From: Bugula neritina
Lineage: Eukaryota; Animalia; Bryozoa
Assembly (NCBI GenBank): GCA_964035545.1
Contig: OZ037772.1
Location: forward strand, 3,501,538-3,565,537
Direction of reading: 5' to 3'
DNA length: 64,000 nucleotides
Positions 23,001-35,985 of the stretch are shown in pieces. The notes beneath the pieces are model-generated. The model saw nothing but the letters and a program-made list of their open reading frames with translations. It did not search any database and was not told the DNA's origin. The first letter of the stretch is position 1. Every line of letters begins with the position of its first letter. Made by a program: the position numbers and the translations under genes.

Positions 23001-26000
23001 TTCTACTCATTAAGCAATAACTATGAAACAGCACAGCTCAATAGCTGCAGTTTGATATATTACACAATATATTAGAGGAGAGGAAGATATTCAATGTATA
23101 ACAGGAAGCAGCTGCCATTTTGTTTTATATGACTTCCTGCTGACTTGGATGCCTAATTTAAATATCTCAACACACAAACTTGCTGAAACATCCTCTTCTT
23201 TGCTGGAATTGTTAAACCTTTCATTAAATAAACAAAATAAAAAGCAAATTGACAAATGAATTAGACAAAAAGTTTGGCGGCCATATTTGACCTAATTTTA
23301 AGTTGAGGCAGCATGAAATTTAGTTTAACAGAAAGCCCAAATTTACACAATTATTTTGGTACTAAATTTGTCACCATTCCTATTATACAAAGACCCGTTG
23401 CTAAGGCTTGTAAATTGTAAACAAATAATTCTCAACTTATTCTAGAGTTGCCAACTTTAAATGCGATTTTCTCGAAACAGTAATTTCGAAATTTTAAAAA
23501 CGTTAAGGTTTTTAAATATTAATATCTCGAGTTCTATTTATGCTAGAGACTTCAAATAAAGTGCAAAATGTTTGGAAAAGTCTGCTCTATCATTCCATAG
23601 TAATAACTAGGTTTTCAACATTTTATATACATCCCTTGTTTTGTGGTGCCAAGTCACATATATCTACTAGGTATGCAGTAAGTAGTTTGTGGCGATCAGT
23701 TCTACTGACTGCAAAAACTTCCTGTTGGTTTTTACTTTCAATAAACCTTTTAGCCTTCATTCGTAGTAGGAGGGGTAGCAGCTAGAGTACGGTGAATATT
23801 AGACACATGGATGTAGAAGTAAACTTAGATTGTAGAGTGTAATGTGGATAAATAAATGAACTACATAAAATGAAGGAGTTATAATTATACATATTCATGT
23901 AACCTGGAACACAAGGCAAGAGCTCAAAAAGCTGATAACAAACTCTGTGAAATTTTAGAAATGAAAACCCCTAAAAAACTCAAATTTCCTGTGAAGGGGA
24001 AATTCCCCAAGGTTGAGAGCAACTGCTTTAATTTTTTCAACTATTTCATTCCAAGTGCAGTGAATATAAATGACATCTTTCTAGTCCAAGTCCAACTGTG
24101 TAGTTATTACATAGTATGTGTGTAGTGATACATCATCAACCTGTAGTTACAGGTAGTAGGTGTAGAATAAGTACAATGTCACATCTATAATAATGTTTTT
24201 ATGAATCGTATGATTTTATGTATACAGAGGAGACAGTAGCATCCCATGACTTGACATCTTTGAGTGATTTGTCTTGTGAGTTACGAGAAAGTCTGACTGG
24301 TGGAATAGAGACTCTGTCTGAGAAAGTTGCAGAGTTGAATGACATCTCAAAGGATGCCTGGAAAGAACTGAGTAAAATAGAAGATGAAGTGAAGAAGATG
24401 GTTGCCAGAGTAAACTCTGCAGCTGACGCTCAGGTATGCTGACATGGTGATGTCATCTAATGTATTTCTGGTTGGCTGAAATTAGGTTTTGCATTTGGTT
24501 TTTGAGCTGTAAATAGAAATGAATTTCATTTGCCACTAGAATTAACTGACCATTAAAGCATTATTATTCTGTGAACAAGTAGCAGTAGTCATTCATCACA
24601 TGTTACTCAGTGCAGAGGAACCTGTCAATACAGATGACTCACTCATCCTTCTGCAACTGTCAATCACTCACACAGAGGTTGGCTGTGTGAGTGATTGACA
24701 GGTGTCAGGAGGAGGAGACTAGTCACGTGATGTACTAGCTCTCTGCTGTGTATAGAGTGTCACGTGACTGAGTCATTGTCCACTCAGTGGGTGATCTGTC
24801 ACTTTCATTTCAAGTGCAGAGGTTGTGAGGTGCAGAAGTGGTTACACTGTGTTACTATTTATTAGATAGAAGAGATTAGAAAGAGAGCTACAAACCTGAG
24901 GCTAGAAATATATGGATATTTGAAGAGCTGCACACAGATAGTGGATAATTATAGAATAGAGCTGGCCTTGAGTAAGACAATGGGCAGACAGTCTCTGCTG
25001 GACACAGTACAACATGCAGTTGATAAGTTCAATGATGCAGGGATTGTGAGAGACTACAAAGAGATGAGTGAGAAGGTGGAAAAGGCTACAGATATTGGTG
25101 TAATAGAGAAGTGTGTACTTCCAGACACCATCTTGGTACCAACATGTAGGTGGAGTCTATAAATAGTAACACTAACTATAAATAACTTTCTGCTTGTAAT
25201 CATGTGAGTTGCTTTCACTGAATGTTTTAATAGTAGAATAAGTAGATAGAGTTTATTTATTAGAGAATTGAGTTTTGTTCTACTCTCACATTATGAGACA
25301 TTTCTGCAGTGTTTCAGAGTATATGATGTATAAGTGAGCTGCTAAACTGTGTTATGCTGACTACCTGCTGTCAGTATTAACAAGATATTCTCACTTAGAC
25401 CTGTGCCTCACGCAGCAACTTGTAGTAACTACAGACTGCTTGTATTTAAAACATCTTTTTATTTTAAGTTTGAAAAGCTGTTCCCACCTCCTCAGGTGAT
25501 GAGATTCTCAAGTTATAGAATTGTTATTTTGTTGTTGCAGACAGTGAAGACAGTCTGGGACTGAAGCTGCTGCAGCCACCATCTTCTCTACAGTCTGATG
25601 GACTTCCTGTACGTGACTGGTGCGTCTCAGTAAACATCTCAGCTGATGGACATCTGATGTGTCGGACACTAGAAGGTGTAGAAGTAATAAATAGAGACAC
25701 TCTGGATACTATCAGCTCAGTGAAGGACACCAACACTACAGAGTGGAGGGAGATAATCCAACCTGAAGGAGTGATGGTTGGCAGCTGGTATAACAGAGAG
25801 GAGAAAACAGCTGAAGTCTTACTTCTTGATCCGAACTCCTTTGAGAAGACTCGCTCTCTCTACAAGCATTCAGTAGATAGACCCACTTACTATAGAATAG
25901 CTCAGCACTGCTCACTGCTCTGTATTGTAGACACGATAGAGAAACAGCTGGTAGTCTGTAACCTAGTTGACAATAAAATACAGAAGTTCCCACTTCCTGA

Positions 26001-27344
26001 GATGAAGAACCCTTTCCCTGTATGCATCCTCCCAGACTCAACTCTCCTCATAGGAGACTTCACTGCAGATGGTAAAGTGAGAAGATATAAAGTGGAAAAC
26101 ACAACTCTCACTCTGATGTGGGAGTTCCCTCGCATCTCACGACCATCTGGTATTTCCTTTGATCCAACATCTGAACTGATTCACATCTGTACATGGAGAG
26201 GACCTCTCCTCATCCTCTCACTTGAAGGTAAATACTCTGTTTATTATAGTAAGTCTAGTTATTTTATATATAATTATGTTAATAATCAACAGTAAACAAC
26301 TTCCACTCATAAGATATATTATGATATTGTTAGTATTTATCAAGTCACTGATGTTATTTTTAGCTAAAAGTTATGTAATAAAGAGTGTAACATGCTGATA
26401 GTAGATGTTATATTCTTCATCACATGACTTGTAGCTAATAATAATATTAGTGAATAATATTGCCTCCCTGCAATAAGTTTATTTCCAGCTGCAGTAACAT
26501 GCAGGATGTAAGCACAGGTAGAAGTGTATATTATACTGTATAGGTTTAATGTGTACTCTGTGTAGTGTGCAGTGAGCTCTTAGTAAACTCTCTATTCAGT
26601 CTTCCTTTCCAAGGGTTCACCTGGTAGAGTAGAGGATAGGGACTCCACACTGCTGAGTGAGTTGGTGCTGCAAGGGGTTCAAACCCACCTATCAGCATGT
26701 CTAGTTAGTATACTATGCAAGTGTTTTACAGTAATTTTAGAGGTGCTCAGTCTAACAACTGTACAGACTGCCAGCTACACATGAGTTATAAGTTGTAGTT
26801 TGACTTCAGTCTAGTGCTGCTGTTGTTTTGGTCATCAGATAATTTAAATATGAATAATTTGATACTTTCTGACTGCCATTACTGAGACTATTGTAATTTG
26901 ATGATGGCTGGTAGAGCAGTGTTTGCTGGTGGGACTCAGGTGGCTGTGGTTGGTTCTTGTCAAGTATTTAATATGTGATAATGTTGGAGTAGCTGCAGTA
27001 GTATTAGAAGTAGACATGTGGGTGTGTTCTCGCTCAGAGCCACAGGCTAAGTTTGTGGGTCAAGGTCAATACAGTTGTATAAGGAGACACTATTTTCTAT
27101 TTGAGTATTTACTTCATGCATGTAACCTGCTGAGTTCCATCTTTAAAGGCAGTCTGTCTGTTTCTCTCAATACACCAACTGATACAATATGATGCTAATA
27201 TTTACAGGTCAACTGGTGCTTACTGTTCCCAGAGAAAGTCTCGGGGTGGCTCCCGAGGTGTGGGACATTGCTGTGTATAACAGAGACACAGTGTTTTTAG
27301 CATGTGAAGATGGTGGACTGAGGAGATACACAATAAAATACTAA
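17053..27344 (+). CDS. TRIM (RBCC) E3 ubiquitin ligase-like protein with C-terminal NHL-like beta-propeller, copy A, 620 aa, intact
   Basis: Exons: 17053-17234 (C3HC4 RING CGYC..LPCLHVYCMRC..CAYC), 19410-19590 (B-box1), 19788-19977 (B-box2), 24228-24433 and 24866-25145 (coiled coil), 25541-26227 and 27208-27344 (propeller, e.g. PSGISFD). All introns are GT-AG and phases are consistent, total 1863 nt. AATAAA at 27522. Confidence 0.92.
17544..18053. mobile_element. hAT-like MITE in TRIM intron 1 (paralogue 57855-58361)
   Basis: CAGTCATTCCCAATCT ... GGTTGGGAACCACTG inverted termini. The TSD is degenerate. Confidence 0.6.
20232..24025. mobile_element. hAT-like MITE in TRIM intron 3, split by a later insertion (uninterrupted 320-bp paralogue at 60661-60980)
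   Basis: CAGTGGTGTC(T/C)CACCTT ... AAGGTTG(A/G)GAGC(A/C)ACTG termini. 8-bp TSD ctttaact/ctttaatt in A and ctttaact/ctctaact in B. Confidence 0.7.
20516..23658. mobile_element. 3.1-kb non-autonomous TIR DNA transposon, TA-flanked, family unassigned, absent from copy B
   Basis: TA|TGTGACcagtcgcgACAAAACcgGGGATGT versus reverse complement of right end TA|TGTGACttggcaccACAAAACaaGGGATGT. Inner inverted block gcatttaaagttgg at ~20710 and ~23450. Intron 3 is 4250 bp here and 900 bp in copy B. Confidence 0.8.
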
Positions 27345-28062
27345 ACTTATCAGCTACAGTTTACTAATAATCAGCTCAGTGAGGTGCTGAGAGATAAAAT
27401 GGATAATATTTGTCATCAACATAATTATATTCATTACAATTCATCAATACACACACTCTGTAATTATAGTTGGATATGAGATGTTTTACTGTATCAAATA
27501 TATGTTGCTATTTTACCATCTAATAAAGTTTATTTGTTAGCGAAAAAATAGTCTGGTTTCATGCCTCATTAGCTTTAGTTCAAGTTGAGTTTGGTTAGTA
27601 AAAATAATCTATACTGGAGCAGTAACTGTAAATGACTTGTTTGTGGGAGAATTTATTCACTGAATTGACATGCAGGTGCAAGTACCTCCAACATGACTAA
27701 GTAAATTTATTCCAACCATTCATAATAATATACATTCCATTGCTGTGTACAACAGCATTGAGTAGCCAATCAAATTGTTTCTTGTCATGCAATCAGGAAT
27801 CTGATAAATAATATATAAGGCAATCAACTAGATATAAACACTGTATTACTCTACACATGAGCTGTCTATGATACAGCTGTTTTGTAAACTGTGTGTAATT
27901 TGATGAGTTTAGTTCAATTGGTTGCAGTTTAATTATGACATGTTCCCCATTCACCTGGTAGAAATACCTTGTGTGCACAGACAAGTTGTAATGACTAACA
28001 GAAACTTTTTCAGTAGGTTCCAGTTCATCTTGAATATAGTACAGCTTGTTGTCATTTGGTCT

Positions 28063-28803
28063 CCATAGTATTGATGGTACACTACCTTGTTTGGCCTCAA
28101 TAGTATTGATAGTATACTACCTTGTTTGGCCTCAATAGTATTGATGGTAGACTACCTTGTTTAGCCTCACTAGTATTGATGGTACACTACCTTGTCTGGC
28201 CTTAATATTATAGATGGTATATTACCTTGTTTGGCTTCAATAGTATTGATGGTAGACTACGTTGTTTAGCCTCACTAGTATTGATGGTACACTACCTTGT
28301 CTGGCCTTAATATTATAGATGGTACATTACCTTGTTTGGCCTCAATAGTATTGATGGTATACTACCTTGTTTGGCCTCAATAGTATTGGTGGTAGACTAC
28401 CTTGTTTGGCCTCAATAGTATTGATGGTATACTACCTTGTTTGGCCTCAATAGTATTGATGGTATACTACTTTGTTTGGCCTCAATAGTGTTGATGGTAG
28501 ACTACCTTGTTTAGCCTCAATAGTGTTGATGGTACACTACCTTGTTTGGCCTCAATAGTATTGATGGTAGACTACCTTGTTTGGCCCTAATAGTATTGAT
28601 GGTATACTACTTTGTTTGGCCCTAATAGTATAGATGGTACATTACCTTGTTTGGCCTCAATAGTATTGGTGGTAGACTACCTTGTTTGGCCTTAATAGCA
28701 TTGATGGTATACTACCTTGTTTGGCCTCAATAGTATTGATGGTATACTACTTTGTTTGGCCTCAATAGTGTTGATGGTACACTACCTTGTTTGGCCTCAA
28801 TAG
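28063..28803. repeat. Minisatellite, 35-bp unit CTACCTTGTTTGGCCTCAATAGTATTGATGGTA(T/C/G)A, ~21 copies
   Basis: Head-to-tail units (28082, 28117, ...) with no unique spacers. Confidence 0.95.
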
Positions 28804-30552
28804 TCTTGCTAACAGCACAGCTTACAAGATTTAACTAATTTAACTTGTTGAGATTTACATGAATATAATACATATGAAATGTGAAAATAGCATTAAAAGT
28901 CAAGCAAGGAATTCACATGTTGACACAATTATATACTTTCACTTGAAGGTAAGCTTGATGAACCAATATGAACTGTTCACAGAGTTTACTGTGTAGGATT
29001 TGCACCTAGAATATTTAGTTACATCAGAGCTAAGTGAAAAATCTAACAGTTGATTTATTCTGTTGAAAGTTAATGTGTTGAGTATTGATCTTATTACCCA
29101 ACTTCACCCTTTTTACTGTAGAGTTTGTTGATGTAAGTTCACTTAATTAAACTATCCTCATGCAAGAAGTGGGGGTGGAATATTATTGTGAATTTATGCT
29201 TTACTTGTTATTATAGGGTCTATTTAGGCAAAGCTATTTCACCAGGTTTGTGATTGCTAACACTTTATTCTATTTATTTCAAGATACTAATAAAACTGTA
29301 CAACTATCAAAAACACGTTCCATAATAAGAGAGAGAATATACAAGACTTTACAATAACAATTCCAAGTGCTCTCTGCCTGCTAGTCAAATAGACCAGGGC
29401 CCACTACAAGTATTCAGCTCCGCCTACTACTAATTATTAACAGTCACTGATTGGCCATCACGATGGCACCATCACACTAGTTGATCTGCATGCTGCAAAA
29501 TGCATCATGTCCTCTAGTTAAAGTGTGTGCATGGAGTTGTCCTTTCGATATAATAACATAATGTACAAAATCTCTGCAATATGCCACCTGGGATATCTGT
29601 ATGAGAAACTTAACCAATCAACTAGCAGCATCTTCACTATTTAATGAAATTATCAAACTATATTATTTAACTGTAACATTATCCTAGTGAAACCTCTTAT
29701 CTGTTCCTCCTATTCACTAATCCTCAAATTATTCTCCTCTACCAAATCAATACATTGTGCAGACTCCATATTCAATCTCCTCTACATACAGTTTATATTC
29801 CAGCTATCAGAGTCATGATTCTACATCACATGAATGTTCTCTACTTTAACAAGAGAATAGCCAACTATAAAAACCTGCTATAGCACACAATATAGCAACC
29901 TGTTATAACATGACATACAGTACATCAATATTCATTCACTACACAAAATATCTCAATACACATAACAACTGGAGCTGCTGAAGTTCAATGGCTTATACAA
30001 GTTGAATTGAACAAAACACTACGTTGTTCTTCAGCATATCAACTAGTATGAGTAGTGTGGAGAGATCTTTTATATATATAAAAACTTGTGTTTGAAGGAA
30101 ATATTAAATTATATTATTCCTCTTAGCATCACATGTAGCATGAATATCAACTTATAGTTAGTGAGTTACTAGAAGTTTCTTTGTAACGGAAACCAGTCCG
30201 GGTTCCCCTGCAGTTCCATCTCAACGAGTCTGGCCTGAGCTGAGGTCACGGCATGATGACATCATTCACTAGGTTCTTCTTGGTGTCTGGAAATTTTCCA
30301 CCAGTTACTCCAGTGACTGAAAGTGAAGCACTAATACCAGTGACACGTCTCATACTCACTTGCTGAGTCATTGTGATTATTAGTTGATGACTTAATGTTT
30401 TAGTGAAGTTATAGTTATAGTTAACTTAAAGTCCTACTGATACTGATAGCTAATGTGCCATTCAGTCTCATCTTCATTCTCAGTAATTGTAATACTGATA
30501 TTAAGACTAACTAACGCCTAATGCTAAGTTCAACTACTAATTATTACACTTC

Positions 30553-30796
30553 TAGTAGTAGTAGTAGAAGCAGTAGTAGTACTAGTAGTAATGAGAGTAC
30601 CAGTAGTAGTACTAGTAGCGTTAGTAGTAGTAGCGGTAGTAGTAATGGGAGTACTAGTAGTAGTAATGGGAGTACTAGTAGTAGTAATGGGAGTACTAGT
30701 AGTAGTAGCAGTAGTAGTGGTAGTACTAGTAGTAGTAGCAGTAGTAGTGGCAGCAGCAGTAGCAGCAGCAGTAGCAGTAGTAGTAATGAGAGTACC

Positions 30797-30839
<43 letters not shown>

Positions 30840-31245
30840 CTAGTAGTAGTAGTGGTAGTAGTGGTAGTAGTAGTAGTAGTAGTGGTAGTAGTAGTAGTAG
30901 TAGTAGTGGCAGCAGCAGTAGCAGCAGCAGTAGTAGTAGTAGCAGTAGTAGTAATGAGAGTACCAGTAGTAGTAGTAGTAGTACTAGTAATGGTAGTACT
31001 AGTAGTTGTAGTAGTAGTAGTAGTACTAGTAGTAGTAGTGGTGGTAGTAGTGGTAGTAGTAGTAGTAGTGTAGTAGTAGTAGTGGTAGTAGTAGTAGTAG
31101 TAGTAGTGGCAGCAGCAGTAGCAGCAGCAGTAGTAGTAGTAGCAGTAGTAGTAATGAGAGTACCAGTAGTAGTAGTAGCAGCAGTAGCAGTAGTAGTAGA
31201 GGTAGTAGTAGTAGTAGTAGAGGTAGTAGTAGTAATGAGAGTACC

Positions 31246-31295
<50 letters not shown>

Positions 31296-31518
31296 CAGTA
31301 GTACTAGTAGTACTAGTAGTAGTGGTGGTAGTAGTAGTAGTGGTAGTAGTAGTAGTACCAGTAGCGGTACTAGTAGTACCAGTAGCAGTACTAGTAGTAG
31401 TACCAGTAGCAGCAGTAGCAGTAGTAGTAGTAGTAATGGTAGTAGTAGTAGTAGTAGTAGCAGCAGTAGCAGTAGTAGCAGTAGTAGCAGTAGTAGTACT
31501 AGTAATAATGAGAGTACC

Positions 31519-31550
<32 letters not shown>

Positions 31551-31603
31551 CAGTAGTACTAGTAGTACTAGTAGTAGTGGTGGTAGTAGTAGTAGTGGTA
31601 GTG

Positions 31604-31646
<43 letters not shown>

Positions 31647-31833
31647 CAGTAGTACTAGTAGTACTAGTAGTAGTGGTGGTAGTAGTAGTAGTGGTAGTGG
31701 TAGTAGTAGTAGTAGTAGCAGTACTAGTAGTAGTACCAGTAGCAGCAGTAGCAGTAGTAGTAGTAGTAATGGTAATAGCAGTAGTAGTAGTAGCAGCAGT
31801 AGCAGTAGTAGTACTAGTAGTAATGAGAGTACC

Positions 31834-31871
<38 letters not shown>

Positions 31872-32142
31872 CAGTAGTAGTAGAGGTAGTAGTAGTAGTG
31901 TAGTAGTAGTACTAGTAGTAGTAGTAGTAGCAGCAGTAGTAGTAGTAGCAGTAGTAGTACTAGTAGTAATGAGAGTACCAGTAGTAGTAGTAATAGTAGT
32001 AGTAGTAGTAGCAGTAGTAGTAGAGGTAGTAGTAGTAGTGTAGTAGTAGTACTAGTAGTAGTAGTAGTAGCAGCAGTAGTAGTAGTAGCAGTAGTAGCAG
32101 TAGTAGTACTAGTAGTAATGAGAGTACCAGTAGTAGTAGTAA

Positions 32143-32187
<45 letters not shown>

Positions 32188-32970
32188 CAGTAGTACTAGT
32201 AGTACTAGTAGTAGTGGTGGTAGTAGTAGTAGTGGTAGTGGTAGTAGTAGTAGTACCAGTAGCGGTACTAGTAGTACCAGTAGCAGTACTAGTAGTAGTA
32301 CCAGTAGCAGCAGTAGCAGTAGTAGTAGTAGTAATGGTAGTAGTAGTAGTAGTAGTAGCAGCAGTAGCAGTAGTAGTACTAGTAGTAATGAGAGTACCAG
32401 TAGTAGTAGTAGTAGTAGTAGTAGCAGTAGTAGTAGAGGTAGTAGTAGTAGTGTAGTCGTAGTACTAGTAGTAATGAGAGTACCAGTAGTAGTGGTGGTA
32501 GTAGTAGTACCAGTAGCAGTACTAGTAGTACCAGTAGCAGTACTAGTAGTAGTACCAGTAGCAGCAGTAGCAGTAGTAGTGGCAGCAGCAGTAGCAGCAG
32601 CAGTAGTAGTAGTAGCAGTAGTAGTAATGAGAGTACCAGTAGTAGTAGTAGCAGCAGTAGCAGTAGTAGTAGTAGTAGCAGTAGTAGTACTAGTAGTGGT
32701 AGTACTAGTAGTGGTAGTAGTAGTAGTAGTAGTACTAGTAGTAGTAGTGGTGGTAGTATTGGTAGTAGTAGTAGTAGTGTAGAAGTAGTAGTGGTAGTGG
32801 TAGTAGCAGTAGTAGTAGTGTAGTAGTAGTAGTAGTGTAGTGGTAGTAGTGGTAGTAGTAGTAGTAGTAGTAGTAGCAGCAGTAGTAGTAGTAGCAGTAG
32901 TAGTAATGAGAGTACCAGTAGTAGTAGTAGCAGCAGTAGCAGTAGTAGTACTAGTAGTAATGATAGTACC

Positions 32971-33008
<38 letters not shown>

Positions 33009-33073
33009 CAGTAGTACTAGTAGCAGTAGTAGTAGTAGTAGTAGTAGTACTAGTAGTGGTAGTACTAGTAGTG

Positions 33074-33140
<67 letters not shown>

Positions 33141-33155
33141 CAGTAGTAGTAGTAG
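30553..33155. repeat. 2.6-kb compound (AGT)n microsatellite with higher-order structure
   Basis: AGT triplets with AGC/GGT/ACT variants and a recurring AATGAGAGTACC marker. Source of the poly-S/V/L ORFs. Confidence 0.97.
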
Positions 33156-33604
33156 ATGGAGGTTACCAATTCTGTCACTCTTGCAGGTCAACATACAACT
33201 CTACAGGAAACTAAAGACAACAGAACGGGGCTGACAAATCAACCAATCAAATTATAAATAAAGAGGAACTCATGACTCACTCTGTCCAGATGGTGTCGGT
33301 AAATGAGGCCATTTTTGTTCACCCAAAACGTGTTGAATCCATCTTTTTTACTACAAAACAATCATGTGACCAGCATCATGTGACCAACTCCATATTATTG
33401 CAGAAAGCAGTAGAAAGTGTTAAACTTGCGAAGTACAAGTAGCCATGTTGGAGGAATTTACTAGCAGAAAGGGACTCACATGAAGTTTTTCCTCGTCTCC
33501 TCCACGAAACCGTCTTTCTTGTTGTACGTGAAGAGGTTCCACTTCCAGAACATGAGGGCTCTCCACTGGGACACGCCCCTCATTGTCCACCTGTTGGGAA
33601 GTAA

Positions 33605-34358
33605 TATATCTTCTTTATACTGTAATATATCCTCTCTATACTGTAATATATCCTCTCTATACTGTAATATATACTCTCTATACTGTAATATATCCTCTCT
33701 ATACTGTAATATATCCTCTCTACACTGTAATATATCATTTCTATACTGTAATATATCCTTTCTATACTGTAATATATACTCTCTACACTGTAATATATCA
33801 TCTCTATACTGTAATATATACTCTCTATACTGTAATATATCCTCTCTATACTGTAATATATCCTCTCTATACTGTAACATATCCTCTCTATACTGTAACA
33901 TATCCTCTCTATACTGTAATATATCATCTCTATACTGTAACATATCTTCTCTATACTGTAATATATCCTCTCTATACTGTAATATATCCTTTCTATACTG
34001 TAATATATACTCTCTACACTGTAATATATCCTCTCTCTACTGTAATATATCATCTCTATACTGTAATATATCCTCTCTATACTGTAATATATACTCTCTA
34101 TACTGTAATATATCCTTTCTATACTGTAATATATCCTCTCCATACTGTAATATATCATCTCTATACTGTAATATATACTCTCCATACTGTAATATATCAT
34201 CTCTATACTGTAACATATCTTCTCTATACTGTAATATATACTCTCTATACTGTAATATATCCTCTCTATACTGTAATATATCTTCTCTACACTGTAATAT
34301 ATATACTCTCTATACTGTAATATATACTCTCTACACTGTAATATATAATCTCTACACT
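33605..34358. repeat. Minisatellite, 21-bp unit CTCTATACTGTAATATATCCT, ~36 copies (intronic)
   Basis: Tandem repeat. It gives the 7-aa periodic ORFs (YCNISSL and others). Confidence 0.96.
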
Positions 34359-34849
34359 GATTATTATACCTGACTTTAATGGCCCCCGTCATCAGGGTGA
34401 GATGAAATGTTAATTATGTATAGATTTACGTCTGCGTACAGCAGATTGCAGAGTAACCTCAGCTTTGTGAGTTGCATCGCATACTTGGCTATTCCCCTGA
34501 AACAGTGAGTGAGAGAGTAAAGACTCAGGCTACACGTGGGAATACTGCAGACATAATATGACAGAGTTGTACATATAAAACAAGTATACATTGTATGTAC
34601 CTATAGTACAAGGCATATACATTGTATGTACCTATAGTACAAAGCACATAGTACAAGACGTAAGTACATGCAATATACACTCACTTGAAAGTCTTATTTT
34701 TGCCGGTGAAGTTGTTCTCGAACACAAGGTCTGTGGTGTAGTGATTGTAGTAGTGAACCGATGACTTGAAGAACACAGGAAACTACAGAAAGAAGAGATC
34801 AGCATCAACAGTAGCAACTACATGCCTTGACAGAGTAACTGAGTTACCA

Positions 34850-35020
34850 GAGAGAGTGAGAGGGAGGGGGAGAGGGAGGGGCAGAGGGAGGGGGAGAGAG
34901 AGAGAGGGAAGGAGAGAGAGAGAGAGGGAGAGAGAGAGAGAGAGAGGGAGAGGGAGAGAGAGAGGGAGAGAGAGAGGGAGAGGGAGAGAGAAAGGGAGAG
35001 AGAGAGAGGGAGAGAGAGGA
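34850..35020. repeat. GA-rich polypurine microsatellite (intronic)
   Basis: (GA)n/(GAGG)n mixture. Confidence 0.9.
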
Positions 35021-35286
35021 CAGATCAATAGTTACTGGCACCTCAATTTCCCCACAATTCTCACCTGTTCTGTGATCTTCACCTTGATCTCTTCCAACTT
35101 GTTATGACTTGGTAACCTGCTGTCTCCACTGTTGGAATCTGGTCTTATACCCTCACTCTCATTGGACAAGTTGCTAGCTAGTAACGTGCCAGCAGATGGT
35201 GTGTTGGTGTTTAATGCTGAGTTATTACTAGTGTTTACTGCTGACTGAGAGAGATTCGGCCTCAACTACAAAACATAACAGGATAA

Positions 35287-35985
35287 TCTACAGTACAAGG
35301 AGAGGATCTACAGTACAAGGAGAGGATCTACAGTACAAGGAGAAGATCTACAGTACAAGGAGAGGATCTGCAGTACAAGGAGAGGATCTACAGTACAAGG
35401 AGAAGATCTACAGTACAAGGAGAGGATCTACAGTACAAAGAGAAGATCTACAGTACAAGGAGAGGATCTACAGTACAAGGAGAAGATCTACAGTACAAGG
35501 AGAGGATCTACAGTACAAGGAGAAGATCTACAGTACAAGGAGAGGATCTACAGTACAAGGAGGGGATCTACAGTACAAGGAGAGAATCTACAGTACAAGG
35601 AGAGGATCTACAGTACAAGGAGAAGATCTACAGTACAAGGAGAGGATCTACAGTACAAGGAGAGGATCTACAGTACAAGGAGAAGATCTACAGTACAAGG
35701 AGAGGATCTACAGTACAAGGAGAGGATCTACAGTACAAGGAGGGGATCTACAGTACAAGGAGAGGATCTACAGTACAAGGAGAAGATCTACAGTACAAGG
35801 AGAGGATCTACAGTACAAGGAGAAGATCTACAGTACAAGGAGAGGATCTACAGTACAAGGAGAGGATCTACAGTACAAGGAGAGGATCTGCAGTACAAGG
35901 AGAGGATCTACAGTACAAGGAGGGGATCTACAGTACAAGGAGATGATCTACAGTACAAGGAGAAGATCTACAGTACAAGGAGAGG
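35287..35985. repeat. Minisatellite, 20-bp unit CTACAGTACAAGGAGA(G/A)GAT, ~35 very homogeneous copies (intronic)
   Basis: Exact 20-bp periodicity is visible in the column alignment. Confidence 0.97.

Larger units (their letters stand above)
1..26900 (+). repeat. Segmental duplication, copy A (matches 51619-64000; carries ~14.5 kb of extra insertions)
   Basis: Position 1 'cacatacaacatgtagacatgtagtg' recurs at 51619. Colinear similarity continues through the satellite, the intergenic DNA and all TRIM exons and introns. The window end 'actgagactat' matches ~26881. The offset shrinks from 51618 to ~37100, which fits the gypsy, MULE-like and intron-3 insertions. Confidence 0.95.

Noticed and set aside
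26615-26695. tRNA-like boxes (GGTTCAAACCC; also ~43510-43590 on the minus strand and ~63710-63790)
   Set aside because: No cloverleaf can be built. At most these are decayed SINE heads, not tRNA genes.
28063-28803. 35-bp repeat array resembling a CRISPR in unit length
   Set aside because: Units are head-to-tail with no unique spacers, there are no cas genes, and the context is eukaryotic.
30521-33214. 460-aa poly-Ser/poly-Val ORF and poly-Leu ORFs
   Set aside because: They are translations of the (AGT)n microsatellite.
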